Shown here: in pieces, positions 29,577-39,002 of the stretch | How positions within the stretch are numbered: the stretch's first letter is position 1 | Layout: each line of letters begins with the position of its first letter | DNA from: an uncultured Nitrososphaerota archaeon | Lineage (GTDB): Archaea; Asgardarchaeota; Njordarchaeia; Njordarchaeales; Njordarchaeaceae | Direction: 5' to 3' | Assembly (NCBI GenBank): GCA_964518475.1 | Contig: CAZFGR010000001.1 | Coordinates: forward strand, 338,641-402,640 | Length of the DNA: 64,000 nt | Translations under genes and position numbers: made by a program | Notes under the pieces: model-generated | The model's input: only the letters and a program-made list of their open reading frames with translations | Told to the model about the DNA's origin: nothing | The model's database searches: none

Positions 29577-32221
29577 CTCGCTTTCTCTTCCTTGCTCTTC
29601 TTGAGTCTCTCATACATTGCTAGAATCCATGCTTCCCTATCTTTCATCGTTAATATGTCGGCTTCTGCTGAGAGGATCAGATTATGCGCAAATGGTGACG
29701 CTAGAGTTAGGTCTCTCTTCTTCGCTTGCAAAACCCTGATTTTTCCTTCTCTAATCCATTTTAACACTTGCTCGGCATGTTCTACGTCCATGTAATCTTC
29801 CAAGATTTCCCTGAAAGTTTCTTTTATCACTGGAAAATCTTCGCCTAGATACTTGAGAAGCGTCTGTGCTTTGATTTTCCTTTTCTCCACGGAGATTACT
29901 TTTCCTTTATAGGCTCTAAGAATCATAAAACTTCTGACTGCACAGTGCCTGAACCTGTTAACAAAGAGCTCTGTTCCCTTAATAGCTTCCTTTAAAACAC
30001 TTCTCAAATCTGCTTGGAGCAACTCATCAATTATTTTCCTAGGCTCTAGTCGTATGCCTCTAGGTAACACGAGAGCGAAACCATCATCCGTGATTCCTAT
30101 ACCGACGTTGCTTCTTACAAGTTTTGACGCGATGTACGCACAAGCTCGAGAAAGCGCGTCGTTCACTCTTCTACCGTATGGTGCATGAAAGATTATGGTG
30201 TACCTTCCCAGGTCATCAATGAATTCCTCTAGAACAATCTTTCTATGCGATGGAATAATTCCAAGAAACTCCAGTTGATCCTTAAAATACCTCACTATGT
30301 TCTCGGCACAATAACGTCCTAGCTTAAAGTTCTCTCTTAACCATTTCTTAGCCGCTTCACGACCTTCTTCTTTAAGGACTTTTTCAAGTATCTCTCTAAA
30401 TTCTCCCACGCCTAGTGAGAGATCCCAGCTTCTCGGTAACATCTCACCTATCCAAGAGGGTACTGTTGGTTTCTCCTCTTTAGCCTCGGATACAAAAACG
30501 TTATTTCCTCTTATCTTGATTACTTTATATTTACGGCCGCCTAATACGAAGACGTCTCCGGGAACTAATCGTTCAACGAATGGTTCCGATAGCCGCCCAA
30601 TAAATTTCCTTCTCTTCTCCTTCGTAACTAATATAACGTCATAATCAGCTTCTTCTGGAATCGTACCTAAGTTGAGAAAATATATCATTCTGGATCCTTT
30701 CTTCCGGCCAAAAACACCCTCCTCTTCATCGTACCATAGTTTGCGATAAACCTGCCTGTACTCTAGATCCACATGATATCCTGCTAAATATTTTAGAACA
30801 GCTATGAAGTCTGCCCAGTCTAGTGAGTGAAAGTTATAGGATCTCTTAATCAGCTTATAAGCCTCATCCACGCTCCATTTCTTTTCAAGGCTCATCCCAA
30901 CGAGGTGTTGTGCGAGTACGTCGAGAGGGTTCTTAGGTATCCGCACTCTATCGATTTTTCCCTCATAGGCATACTTTACTAGGACAGTACACTCTACGAG
31001 ATCATCTTCGTCCATCGCTATGAATCGTCCTCTCGAAACCTTATGAAGTGCGTGGCCGGCCCGGCCTATTCTCTGGAGCCCTTTGGCTACGCTTTTAGGG
31101 GATCCTATTTGAACAACAAGATCGATATACCCTATGTCTATGCCCAGTTCTAGGCTTGTGCTAGTTACAACGGCTTTAAGCTCGCCCCTCTTTAGTTTTT
31201 CTTCCACCTCTAATCTAATATCCCTCCCTAATGAGCTATGATGCGTTCCTAGAAGCCTCGTGAAGCTCTCACCCAGGATTTCCGCTAGCTTATGGGCTAC
31301 GTTTTCTGCTCCCGATCTAGTGTTCGTAAAAATGAGTGTAGTACGATATCTTCGGATATAGTTTTTAAGAATCTCGTACATTTTTCTGCTCGCAGCCTCT
31401 CTATTTCGCAAATCCTTAACGGGACAGATAACCCTAAGGTCTAGCTGTTTAATTGCTGGTACCTTTATTATATCGCATTGACGCGGCTTGCCATCATCTC
31501 TAAAGCCCACTAACCATTTGGCGATCTCTTTCACAGGTGCTTGTGTTGCACTTAAGCCTATACGCGTAAATTCCTCATCGACCCAGTATTGCAACCTCTC
31601 CAGACTCAACGATAGGTGTGCTCCTCTCTTATTACTGCTTAATTCATGCACCTCGTCTACGATTACCCATCTAACATTCGATAGGTGCTTTCGGAACTTA
31701 GGCGCGTTTAAAACTATCGCGAGAGACTCGGGCGTCGTTATCAGGATATGGGGTGGTTTCTTGAGCATTTTGTTTCTCTGCGACTGTGGCGTATCACCCG
31801 TTCGCACAAATGCCCTAATGTCTGGTAATTCTACCCCCAACTCATCCGCAACCATCTTTATTCCCGCTAAGGGGACTTGCAGGTTCCGTCTTATATCATT
31901 AGAGAGGGCTCTTAGAGGAGAAACGTATACGCAGTATACTTTATCCTCTAATTCTCCTTTTTCACCAAGTTTGAACAGATCATTAATTATCGCCAAAAAC
32001 GCTGCCAAGGTTTTTCCAGAACCCGTTGGGGAGAAAACTAATACGTTTCTTCTATTCTTTATACGAGGAATAGCATATCGTTGGGGAAGAGTAAATGTTT
32101 TAAACGTCTTGCGGAACCACTCCGCAACATATGGTTGGAGCATCGAGAAAATGTCTCTGTCTGCTGGAGGTTTTTCATTAACAGTTATTATTGTATCCTC
32201 TTCCCTATCCTTTTTCATCAT
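29573..32221 (-). CDS. lhr: Lhr-family ATP-dependent helicase
   Basis: PTGSGKTLAAF, SPLRALSNDI, TTPESL, DEVH, GLSAT, HHSSL, SLELGIDIG, QRIGRAGH. Confidence 0.95.
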   Translation of the reverse strand: MMKKDREEDTIITVNEKPPADRDIFSMLQPYVAEWFRKTFKTFTLPQRYAIPRIKNRRNVLVFSPTGSGKTLAAFLAIINDLFKLGEKGELEDKVYCVYVSPLRALSNDIRRNLQVPLAGIKMVADELGVELPDIRAFVRTGDTPQSQRNKMLKKPPHILITTPESLAIVLNAPKFRKHLSNVRWVIVDEVHELSSNKRGAHLSLSLERLQYWVDEEFTRIGLSATQAPVKEIAKWLVGFRDDGKPRQCDIIKVPAIKQLDLRVICPVKDLRNREAASRKMYEILKNYIRRYRTTLIFTNTRSGAENVAHKLAEILGESFTRLLGTHHSSLGRDIRLEVEEKLKRGELKAVVTSTSLELGIDIGYIDLVVQIGSPKSVAKGLQRIGRAGHALHKVSRGRFIAMDEDDLVECTVLVKYAYEGKIDRVRIPKNPLDVLAQHLVGMSLEKKWSVDEAYKLIKRSYNFHSLDWADFIAVLKYLAGYHVDLEYRQVYRKLWYDEEEGVFGRKKGSRMIYFLNLGTIPEEADYDVILVTKEKRRKFIGRLSEPFVERLVPGDVFVLGGRKYKVIKIRGNNVFVSEAKEEKPTVPSWIGEMLPRSWDLSLGVGEFREILEKVLKEEGREAAKKWLRENFKLGRYCAENIVRYFKDQLEFLGIIPSHRKIVLEEFIDDLGRYTIIFHAPYGRRVNDALSRACAYIASKLVRSNVGIGITDDGFALVLPRGIRLEPRKIIDELLQADLRSVLKEAIKGTELFVNRFRHCAVRSFMILRAYKGKVISVEKRKIKAQTLLKYLGEDFPVIKETFREILEDYMDVEHAEQVLKWIREGKIRVLQAKKRDLTLASPFAHNLILSAEADILTMKDREAWILAMYERLKKSKEEKAS

Positions 32222-32354
32222 TTTAAATCCCGAAACCCCTGTTAAGGTAATGTGATTATCAGGATAATAGCTTTCCAGATCAGTGAGCAATATGTGAGAA
32301 TACTGTATTCAAAATGTGAAGACATCAACATACTATTAGATTATGGTGTAAAAG

Positions 32355-33662
32355 ATGAAACACAACAAAAAAATTGCGAATGTAGCCATAATCACAACGG
32401 GTTGTGCTGTTAATCAAGCGTACTCTGAAATAATGAGGGGGCTCTTAAAAGCCGCTGGATACACTATCGTACAGGATGTTAATGAAGCCGATGTAATCAT
32501 TTTGAATGCGTGTGCGATTAAAAAGCCTACTGAGGATAGGATGATTTCCCTTGCCAAAAAATTATCGATGAGCGGAAAGAAGCTAATAATAGCTGGTTGC
32601 TTAGCCGAAGTATCACATGATAGAATTCAGCGAACAATTCCTACAGCTAGTTTAGTAGGGCCCTATAACCTCTTCAAAATCCAGGACCTCATCCCCCAAG
32701 TGCTGGAAGGGAAGAGAGTAGTATTGATGGAGAAGGAAGACTTCACGCCCCTCGGTAAAACAAGAGAACTTTTCAATAAGTTCATTGCTGTCGTACCGAT
32801 AGCCAGAGGCTGCTTAGGCCATTGCGCATATTGCGTGGATAAGAGGATATGGGGGGATCTAAAGTCCTATCCAAAAGAACAGATAGTTGAGGAAGTAAAA
32901 GCTCTTGTAGAAAAAGGCGTACGTGAGATTAGATTATCCGCTCAGGATACCGGGCCTTACGGCTGGGATCTAGGTTATACGCTAGTCGATTTGCTTAAGG
33001 AAATAATAGAGATTCCTGGAGATTTCCGCATAAGGATTGGGATGATGTCCCCTGACACTGCTATGAAGATAATAGATGATCTTTTAGAGATCATGAAAAC
33101 AACATCGAAGATATACAAGTATCTCCATATTCCTGTTCAATCAGGATCAAATAGGATTCTGAGGAAAATGAATAGAAAGTATACTGTTGAGGAATTCATA
33201 GACCTTGTCGAGACCATACGGAGAAAATTAGGCCCCGACACAACAATAGCCACCGATATAATAACGGGTTTCCCAGGAGAAACAGAAGAAGATCACAGAG
33301 CCTCTATAGAACTACTCGAAACTACCAAACCAGATATTATCAATCTCTCCCGCTACGGAGATAGACCAGGTGTTCCCTCCTCAAAGCTTTATCCAAAAAT
33401 TCATAGCAAAATACTGAAGAGAAGATCAAGGGAACTTGCTGAAGTTATACGAAGAATAAGCTACGAGCGGAACCAGCCCTATGTTAACAAGGCTTATGAA
33501 GCCTTACTTTTAGAAAAAGATGGCGCTAATCTTATCGGAAGGCTCTTTAACTATAAGCTAATCGTTGTTAAAGGAAAAGGTAACGAGGACTTACTCGGGA
33601 AATTCGTTAAGGTACGGATCAATGACGCCACCTGGAAAACTCTTTATGGAGAAGTACTATAA
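32355..33662 (+). CDS. tRNA t6A37 methylthiotransferase (archaeal/eukaryotic MtaB, CDKAL1-like)
   Basis: GCAVN..SE, NACAIK, AGCL, GCLGHCAYC, HIPVQSGS, TDIITGFPGET, C-terminal TRAM domain. Confidence 0.88.
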   Translation: MKHNKKIANVAIITTGCAVNQAYSEIMRGLLKAAGYTIVQDVNEADVIILNACAIKKPTEDRMISLAKKLSMSGKKLIIAGCLAEVSHDRIQRTIPTASLVGPYNLFKIQDLIPQVLEGKRVVLMEKEDFTPLGKTRELFNKFIAVVPIARGCLGHCAYCVDKRIWGDLKSYPKEQIVEEVKALVEKGVREIRLSAQDTGPYGWDLGYTLVDLLKEIIEIPGDFRIRIGMMSPDTAMKIIDDLLEIMKTTSKIYKYLHIPVQSGSNRILRKMNRKYTVEEFIDLVETIRRKLGPDTTIATDIITGFPGETEEDHRASIELLETTKPDIINLSRYGDRPGVPSSKLYPKIHSKILKRRSRELAEVIRRISYERNQPYVNKAYEALLLEKDGANLIGRLFNYKLIVVKGKGNEDLLGKFVKVRINDATWKTLYGEVL

Positions 33663-34304
33663 TTTGTACCAACTAAATACTAGGTACTTTATCTCACCAT
33701 TAGCGAGTATAGTAGCTATAACGAATTTCTTCCTAACACTAGTTGCTAATCGGCCGGCCCTTATGATATCTATTCCTAACAACTGCGTATCTTTAGAATA
33801 CACTGTTACGAGGAAGGGCGCGTGATCAATCCCTGGCCCATATTTATAGACTGAGAAATCACTCCCGAACTTCAAACCAGGTCTCACTATAAAGCCTTTA
33901 TCCCTGAGATCTTTATACACATGGTACTTAGCATCAAAAGCACTATAGTTCCTTCTCCCTATCTCCCTAACCGCCTCGGCCTCGAGTTCCTTACCCTCAC
34001 TATCCACTACTTTAACGACCCCTGCCTCCAGTAGGTACAATACTTCATACAGGGAGAGTTCATAGGGCACATTATACTTCACACCAATTTTTGGTTTAGG
34101 GATTCCTAGTGGTTTCCCAAAAAACCCGCAATAATACAGCTTATAGCCCTTTTCAGGATCCCATATGATGGCTCTATCCCCGAAGAGTTGTACTACGATG
34201 CCCTCTCCCTTGAGATCTTCTAACCTTCTCTGCCACGGATTCTCCTCAAAGAACCTTTTGAGATTTTCTAAGGACTTCGATGATAAATCCTTCAAGTGAA
34301 TCAC
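33657..34304 (-). CDS. endA: tRNA splicing endonuclease catalytic subunit
   Basis: VYKDLRDKG, GLKFGSDFSVY, GIDHAPFLV, SVRKK (Tyr/His/Lys triad); GFFGKPLGIPKP loop. Confidence 0.95.
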   Translation of the reverse strand: MIHLKDLSSKSLENLKRFFEENPWQRRLEDLKGEGIVVQLFGDRAIIWDPEKGYKLYYCGFFGKPLGIPKPKIGVKYNVPYELSLYEVLYLLEAGVVKVVDSEGKELEAEAVREIGRRNYSAFDAKYHVYKDLRDKGFIVRPGLKFGSDFSVYKYGPGIDHAPFLVTVYSKDTQLLGIDIIRAGRLATSVRKKFVIATILANGEIKYLVFSWYKL

Positions 34305-34373
34305 CTAAGCATCAGAAAGACCTTACTGAAAACTTAAAAAGATAGTCCAAATTGTATAAAGAATGAATCACAT

Positions 34374-34473
34374 GCGGGGGTGCCCGAGAGGTCAAAGGGG
34401 CCAGTTTCCTAAGGTCATACTGAGGCTCTGGTGGCGCAGGCCTTCGCGGGTTCGAATCCCGCCCCCCGCACCA
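34374..34473 (+). tRNA. tRNA-Leu(GAG) with 14-nt intron at 30/31 (34405-34418)
   Basis: BHB helix GGCC/GGTC, bulges AG^T and AT^A; spliced arm CCAGA-CT GAG GC-TCTGG; long variable arm; CCA. Confidence 0.92.
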
Positions 34474-34553
34474 ATCTATACCTCTGAACATTTAATAACA
34501 TATTCTTCTTCTCCTTAGCATCATTCCTCGAACCATATTATGAGAGGATAACA

Positions 34554-35633
34554 TTGCGTATACTTGAGATCGATAAAAAACAAGGCCTCATCAAGATTCT
34601 AGTGGAGAACACCGATGATCTGTATGTCTTGTTCTCTTTCATAAGACCCGGCGACATAGCGGTGGCGAGAACCTCAAGACGCATAAAGATTCGAGAAGGC
34701 GTATCTGTGCGAAAACCAATGGTTCTAAAAATAGAGATCCAAGACGTGGGGTTTCACGAGTTTGCAGAAATGTTGCGATTAAAGGGAAGAATTCTTGAGG
34801 GGCCTGAACGTTTCGTCTCCATAGGATCTTACCACACAATTAATGTAAAAGCGGGCGATTCTATCACAATAATAAGGCCGGAAGGCCTCAGTGATATTGA
34901 TCTACAACCCCTCAGAGAAGCCGAGGAATTGACCAAGTTTAGCCCTATATTATTGATAGCTATTGAAGAAGAAGAAGCCACAATCGGAGTCTTAACTTCT
35001 TACGGATTAAAAGTATTAACCAGCGTCCGAGGAGTTTTCGCTGATAAATCCGATAAAGAGTATGAATCCCGCTTACGCAAATTCTTCTCCGATGTCTTAA
35101 GCGTTGTTTCAGAAGCTATAAACCAGTATGAGCCACAAGCAATAATTATTGGCGGCCCTGGATTCACAAAAGAACACTTCGCAGATTTTGTTAAGGAAAG
35201 ACTCAACAGGAAGATCCCCATTCTGATTGACTCCGTCACTAGTGGTACTGAGGCCGGCCTCTACGAATTAATTAGACGAGGCACACCTCAGAAAGTTTTG
35301 GCTGAGCAGCGAGTAGCTGAGGAGACAGCGAAAATAGAAGAATTACTCATGCATATTGGGAAAAACGATAGATTAGCGGTCTATGGATACGAAGAAGTCA
35401 AAGAAGCATTAGAGATGGGGGCCGTAGAGACCTTGATGATATCAATGTCTCTTATAAACACCACTGATTTGAATCTTAGAAAGAGGATCTTGGAACTCGT
35501 GAAATTGGCCAAAGCTACGAGGAGTAGGATATTATTCGTAAGTACGATGCATCCTGCAGGGAAGCAATTTGCGCGACTAGGTGGAATCGCGGCCATACTA
35601 AGGTACCCTATAAAAACATTAAATCATTATTAG
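34554..35633 (+). CDS. pelA: Pelota/Dom34 ribosome rescue factor
   Basis: DDLYVL, GSYHTINV, GGPGFTKE, YGYEEV..A..MGAVETL, LGGIAAILRY. Confidence 0.95.
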   Translation: MRILEIDKKQGLIKILVENTDDLYVLFSFIRPGDIAVARTSRRIKIREGVSVRKPMVLKIEIQDVGFHEFAEMLRLKGRILEGPERFVSIGSYHTINVKAGDSITIIRPEGLSDIDLQPLREAEELTKFSPILLIAIEEEEATIGVLTSYGLKVLTSVRGVFADKSDKEYESRLRKFFSDVLSVVSEAINQYEPQAIIIGGPGFTKEHFADFVKERLNRKIPILIDSVTSGTEAGLYELIRRGTPQKVLAEQRVAEETAKIEELLMHIGKNDRLAVYGYEEVKEALEMGAVETLMISMSLINTTDLNLRKRILELVKLAKATRSRILFVSTMHPAGKQFARLGGIAAILRYPIKTLNHY

Positions 35634-35672
35634 TATCATAAGTAAGGACTAGACAAGGAAGGAGGAGAATTC

Positions 35673-36335
35673 ATGCCGAGGCCTCTTCTACAAATAGCTC
35701 TGGATCTCATAGACTTGAAAAAAGCTCTCGAGTTAGCCCGAGTTTTGGTCGAAAATAATGTCGATATCGTGGAGGCCGGCACCCCCCTTCTATATGCTCA
35801 CGGCGTTCGTAACGTAATACCAAAGCTGCGGCAAATTGTTGGTGATCGATCCCTCATATCCGCTGATTTGAAGATTTCTGATGCTGGTGCTTTGTCTAGT
35901 AAAATAGCGTTCGAGCATGAGGCCGATATAGTATCGGTGATAGGGGTGGCCTCTGAAAAAACGATCTTGGATGCTCTAGATACTGCTAAAGAATACGGAG
36001 GCCAAGTAATGGTTGATTTGATCTGCTCTAAGAACCTAGTTGATGATGCTTTAAAGGCACTAAAACTTGGCGCGGATTATGTACTGGTCCATGTGGGCCT
36101 AGATCAGCAATCCTCAGGAGTAAAAGTTGTAGATAGACTAGAGAGGATAGGGGGAATAATACCTCCGAAGAAACTCGCCGTAGCGGGAGGCATAACACCA
36201 CAGAATGCTCATGTGGTACTAAAGTACAACCCAGCTATAATGATTGTAGGGGGAGCAGTCTATAGATCACCTAACCCAGCAGAAGTCCTTCGTAAACTAA
36301 AAGAGATTATTCAGTTAAGCGGTTCTGATCAATAA
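35673..36335 (+). CDS. hps: 3-hexulose-6-phosphate synthase (HPS/KGPDC family)
   Basis: LQIALD, EAGTPL, ADLKISDAG, HVGLDQQ, AVAGGI. Confidence 0.82.
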   Translation: MPRPLLQIALDLIDLKKALELARVLVENNVDIVEAGTPLLYAHGVRNVIPKLRQIVGDRSLISADLKISDAGALSSKIAFEHEADIVSVIGVASEKTILDALDTAKEYGGQVMVDLICSKNLVDDALKALKLGADYVLVHVGLDQQSSGVKVVDRLERIGGIIPPKKLAVAGGITPQNAHVVLKYNPAIMIVGGAVYRSPNPAEVLRKLKEIIQLSGSDQ

Positions 36336-36771
36336 CTGGCTCTACCTCTAACGGTTTTCTTAAACTATATTCTACGATACGCCCCTGCTTCCTCGAAATC
36401 AAGAAACCATCCTCTTCCAGCCTTCTCAGGTATGTCGAGCACGTAGATACTCTAATTTCCTCTCCAAAAAGCTCCTCATAAGCCTCTTTAGCCTCCAAGC
36501 TGTTAAACCATTGACCATACCTGAAAACCGTTGATATCGCTTGTTTGAGCCTCTCGTATATGGATATATTTGTCCTAGCTCTCGGCTTCTCACTACTCGA
36601 CTCCACAGTGTTTGCACCCGATATTATGTTCGAGATAAATTTCTGCAAGATCTTAAGCTGCTTCTCACCAAAATCACTACTGATAGATACCTCGAGCTCC
36701 AAATCACCCTTCCGCAGTTTCAATTTAAGGCCACTGTTGTCTGCCACTGGAATCTCCCGAGAAACACTCAT
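36307..36771 (-). CDS. Winged-helix DNA-binding protein adjacent to candidate origin
   Basis: C-terminal wHTH: FNSLEAKEAYEE..GEEIRVSTCSTYLRRLEEDGFL...GRIVEY. Confidence 0.78.
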   Translation of the reverse strand: MSVSREIPVADNSGLKLKLRKGDLELEVSISSDFGEKQLKILQKFISNIISGANTVESSSEKPRARTNISIYERLKQAISTVFRYGQWFNSLEAKEAYEELFGEEIRVSTCSTYLRRLEEDGFLISRKQGRIVEYSLRKPLEVEPVIDQNRLTE

Positions 36772-36889
36772 TATTTATCCCTAGTCTCGATGATTGATAC
36801 TCACCATGGACTATATAAACAGGCGAAACACATTAGAAACACAGGATCTCTAACCAAGAACATAATTTGATAAGGAAATCACTCAATGG

Positions 36890-37445
36890 AAAAGATCTTC
36901 ACTATGAAGATCCCATGCTCTCCTTGTTTCCAGTGGAAACCGAGTCTATGAATCGCTCGAATTACAGCTCTAATTAAACATTTTGATTTTTTCGAGTCAG
37001 AGACTCTAGTCTCATTTACTAAAGACTTTCTCTATACTTGATTCATGATACTAAACAATATTCCATAACTAGAATTAGCAACCTTATTATTCTCTGATAG
37101 TGTTCCCGTAGTTAGCTAATACTGCGTAATAAACATCGCCGAGAAGAGTTAGCTGGAGATCATTAGAGTGCAGGTGTGTAGACGCACTGTTAAAGGGTCT
37201 TTTCCAATAGAAATATGGGGGGATTGTTTCTTCACATTTCACAACATTGTGAATATTTTTTGAACCCCCTCATTTCCAGTGGAAACATCGAAACGAAGCA
37301 TTCCTTGTTCACAACAAGGCAATTGATACAAAATAAAATTTTCTCACTGTGATCTTTGCAAAATGAAGCGATTTTTGGCCAATCGGCGCATTTTGAATTT
37401 TTCACACTTACACTCTGTGAACACCAAATTTCCACTGGAGAATAC
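36890..37445. promoter_or_regulatory. Candidate replication origin (ORB cluster)
   Basis: About 720 bp intergenic region with GTTTCCAGTGGAAAC (36926), TTTCCAATAGAAATATGGGGGG (37201, +), GTTTCCACTGGAAATGAGGGGG (37286-37265, -) and ATTTCCACTGGAGAA (37428). Confidence 0.72.
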
Positions 37446-37493
37446 TTGATATGGTATGTCAAGAAGAACAGCTTATTATACGAGAACAAAGGT

Positions 37494-37601
37494 TGGTGCG
37501 GGGGGCGGGATTCGAACCCGCGAAGGCCTGCGCCACCGGATCTTGAGTTTGGCCCTGAGTCAATAAAGTCCGGCCCCTTTGGCCAGCTCGGGAACCCCCG
37601 C
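37494..37601 (-). tRNA. tRNA-Leu(CAA) with 21-nt intron at 30/31 (37549-37569)
   Basis: BHB helix GGCC/GGCC, bulges GG^A and AA^A; spliced arm CCGGA-CT CAA GA-TCCGG; CCA. Confidence 0.92.
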
Positions 37602-37801
37602 ATGCTGATTCTATCATCGATAAATAGTGGTTCCATTTTTTTAAAACTATTCCTGCAATTGATTAGAGAAAACAAAAAGATTTTCTAACAGCTGCAAGTA
37701 AAAAGATATATCAACGGAACCGCAATATCCCCTGTTAAAGAAATTAGATTAGATAAGAATAAATAAGGATAAAGGGAATCCCTTTTCTAGAGGTGTGAAG
37801 T

Positions 37802-38029
37802 ATGGTTAAGCTCACTCTACCTGATGGTAGAACTATAGAAGGTGAAGAAATAAAATTCGAGCCGATTAAGGAGGACTGGAATATTTATAGATTAGAGGAT
37901 GGTAGAATACTGAAAGTGAAACTTGTCTTAGTCAAAGTATATAAAACGTCGGAGAGGGATCCAATTACAGGAGAACCCATATATGTGACAGTATCAACAA
38001 ACGTCGTAACTACATCTTCCAAACAATGA
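37802..38029 (+). CDS. Small hypothetical protein (EDWNIYRLEDG type)
   Basis: 75 aa beta-rich ORF, strong SD GAGGTG. Confidence 0.75.
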   Translation: MVKLTLPDGRTIEGEEIKFEPIKEDWNIYRLEDGRILKVKLVLVKVYKTSERDPITGEPIYVTVSTNVVTTSSKQ

Positions 38030-38046
38030 TTTAAGGGAGAGAGAAT

Positions 38047-38283
38047 ATGTCTTCTCTTTCAGTTAATTTAACGGTATACGAGATCGATTACCTTCGCCAG
38101 AAAATTAGTAAAACTAGTACAATGAATCTCAGTGATACAAGAATAAGATCTCATGAGGTCGTCCTCTCGACCAGAACTGAACTTAAAGAGCTCTTAAGGA
38201 ACCTTAGGGCACGTGCCGCTATTTTTTCCGACGAAGAGATATTAGAGGAAATAAAGAAATGGAGAGAAGAGAAGAAGCACTAG
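38047..38283 (+). CDS. Putative antitoxin
   Basis: 78 aa, C-terminal SDEEILEEIKKWR, overlaps the downstream PIN gene. Confidence 0.55.
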   Translation: MSSLSVNLTVYEIDYLRQKISKTSTMNLSDTRIRSHEVVLSTRTELKELLRNLRARAAIFSDEEILEEIKKWREEKKH

Positions 38284-38726
38284 GCATTGTCATGGACACT
38301 AATGTGCTCGTCTCAGCTGTTCTCTCAACTCATGGAAAATGTGCTCGAATTCTGGAGTATGTTATCGATGGTCTTATAATAAATTTCATCTCCGTAGAGA
38401 TCTTATGTGAACTAAAATGCGTATTAAGCAGACCCAAATTTGCAAAAGTCTTGTCCCAAGAAGATATTAATAACTATGTACAACTCATAAGACAAGTCTC
38501 GAATATCGTCATTCCTCTTACTAGAATCTCTGTATGTAAAGATCCCGATGACAATAAATTTCTGGAGGTCGCATACGACTCTTGTGCTCAGATAATTGTA
38601 AGTGGAGACCCAGACCTACTTTCCTTGAGAAACGCGCATACAAGAGAGACAAAGATAATGAATAAGAGGATCAAAATACTAGGTCCTACAGAACTTCTAG
38701 CATATATTCACAAGAAGAAACCATGA
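38259..38726 (+). CDS. PIN-domain toxin (VapC-like, PIN_3)
   Basis: VMDTNVLVSA, EL..VL.RPKF, CKDPDDNKFLE, IVSGDPDLL. Confidence 0.9.
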   Translation: MERREEALGIVMDTNVLVSAVLSTHGKCARILEYVIDGLIINFISVEILCELKCVLSRPKFAKVLSQEDINNYVQLIRQVSNIVIPLTRISVCKDPDDNKFLEVAYDSCAQIIVSGDPDLLSLRNAHTRETKIMNKRIKILGPTELLAYIHKKKP

Positions 38727-39002
38727 AAACAACCAGCATATACGCTCCACCTTCACGAGAAAGAAATATCATGCTCAGTTTGAGATACTTTTAGATGCTA
38801 AAGAATTGTTCTCTAAGTTTTGATAGGTCTAGATCTTGTTTTTAGTCCTTCGAGAGCTCCTGTATTATCCATGATGCGTTAGGAATGTTGCATGAGAAAG
38901 CTACTATTTGTTTGGCTGATGGAGTGGGGTAAAACCTAGATATGATTCTTAGTATAAAATGTCTTTGAGGTTCAGATGTTGTTCTAGTAAGGGGTTGTCG
39001 GT

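Noticed and set aside
31488-32255. 255-aa antisense ORF in lhr (likewise 4649-5137, 61630-62244 and other antisense ORFs)
   Set aside because: Antisense shadows of well-supported genes, with no independent motifs.
37232-37688. ORFs of 147 and 110 aa
   Set aside because: They overlap tRNA-Leu(CAA) and the ORB cluster; no protein-like features.
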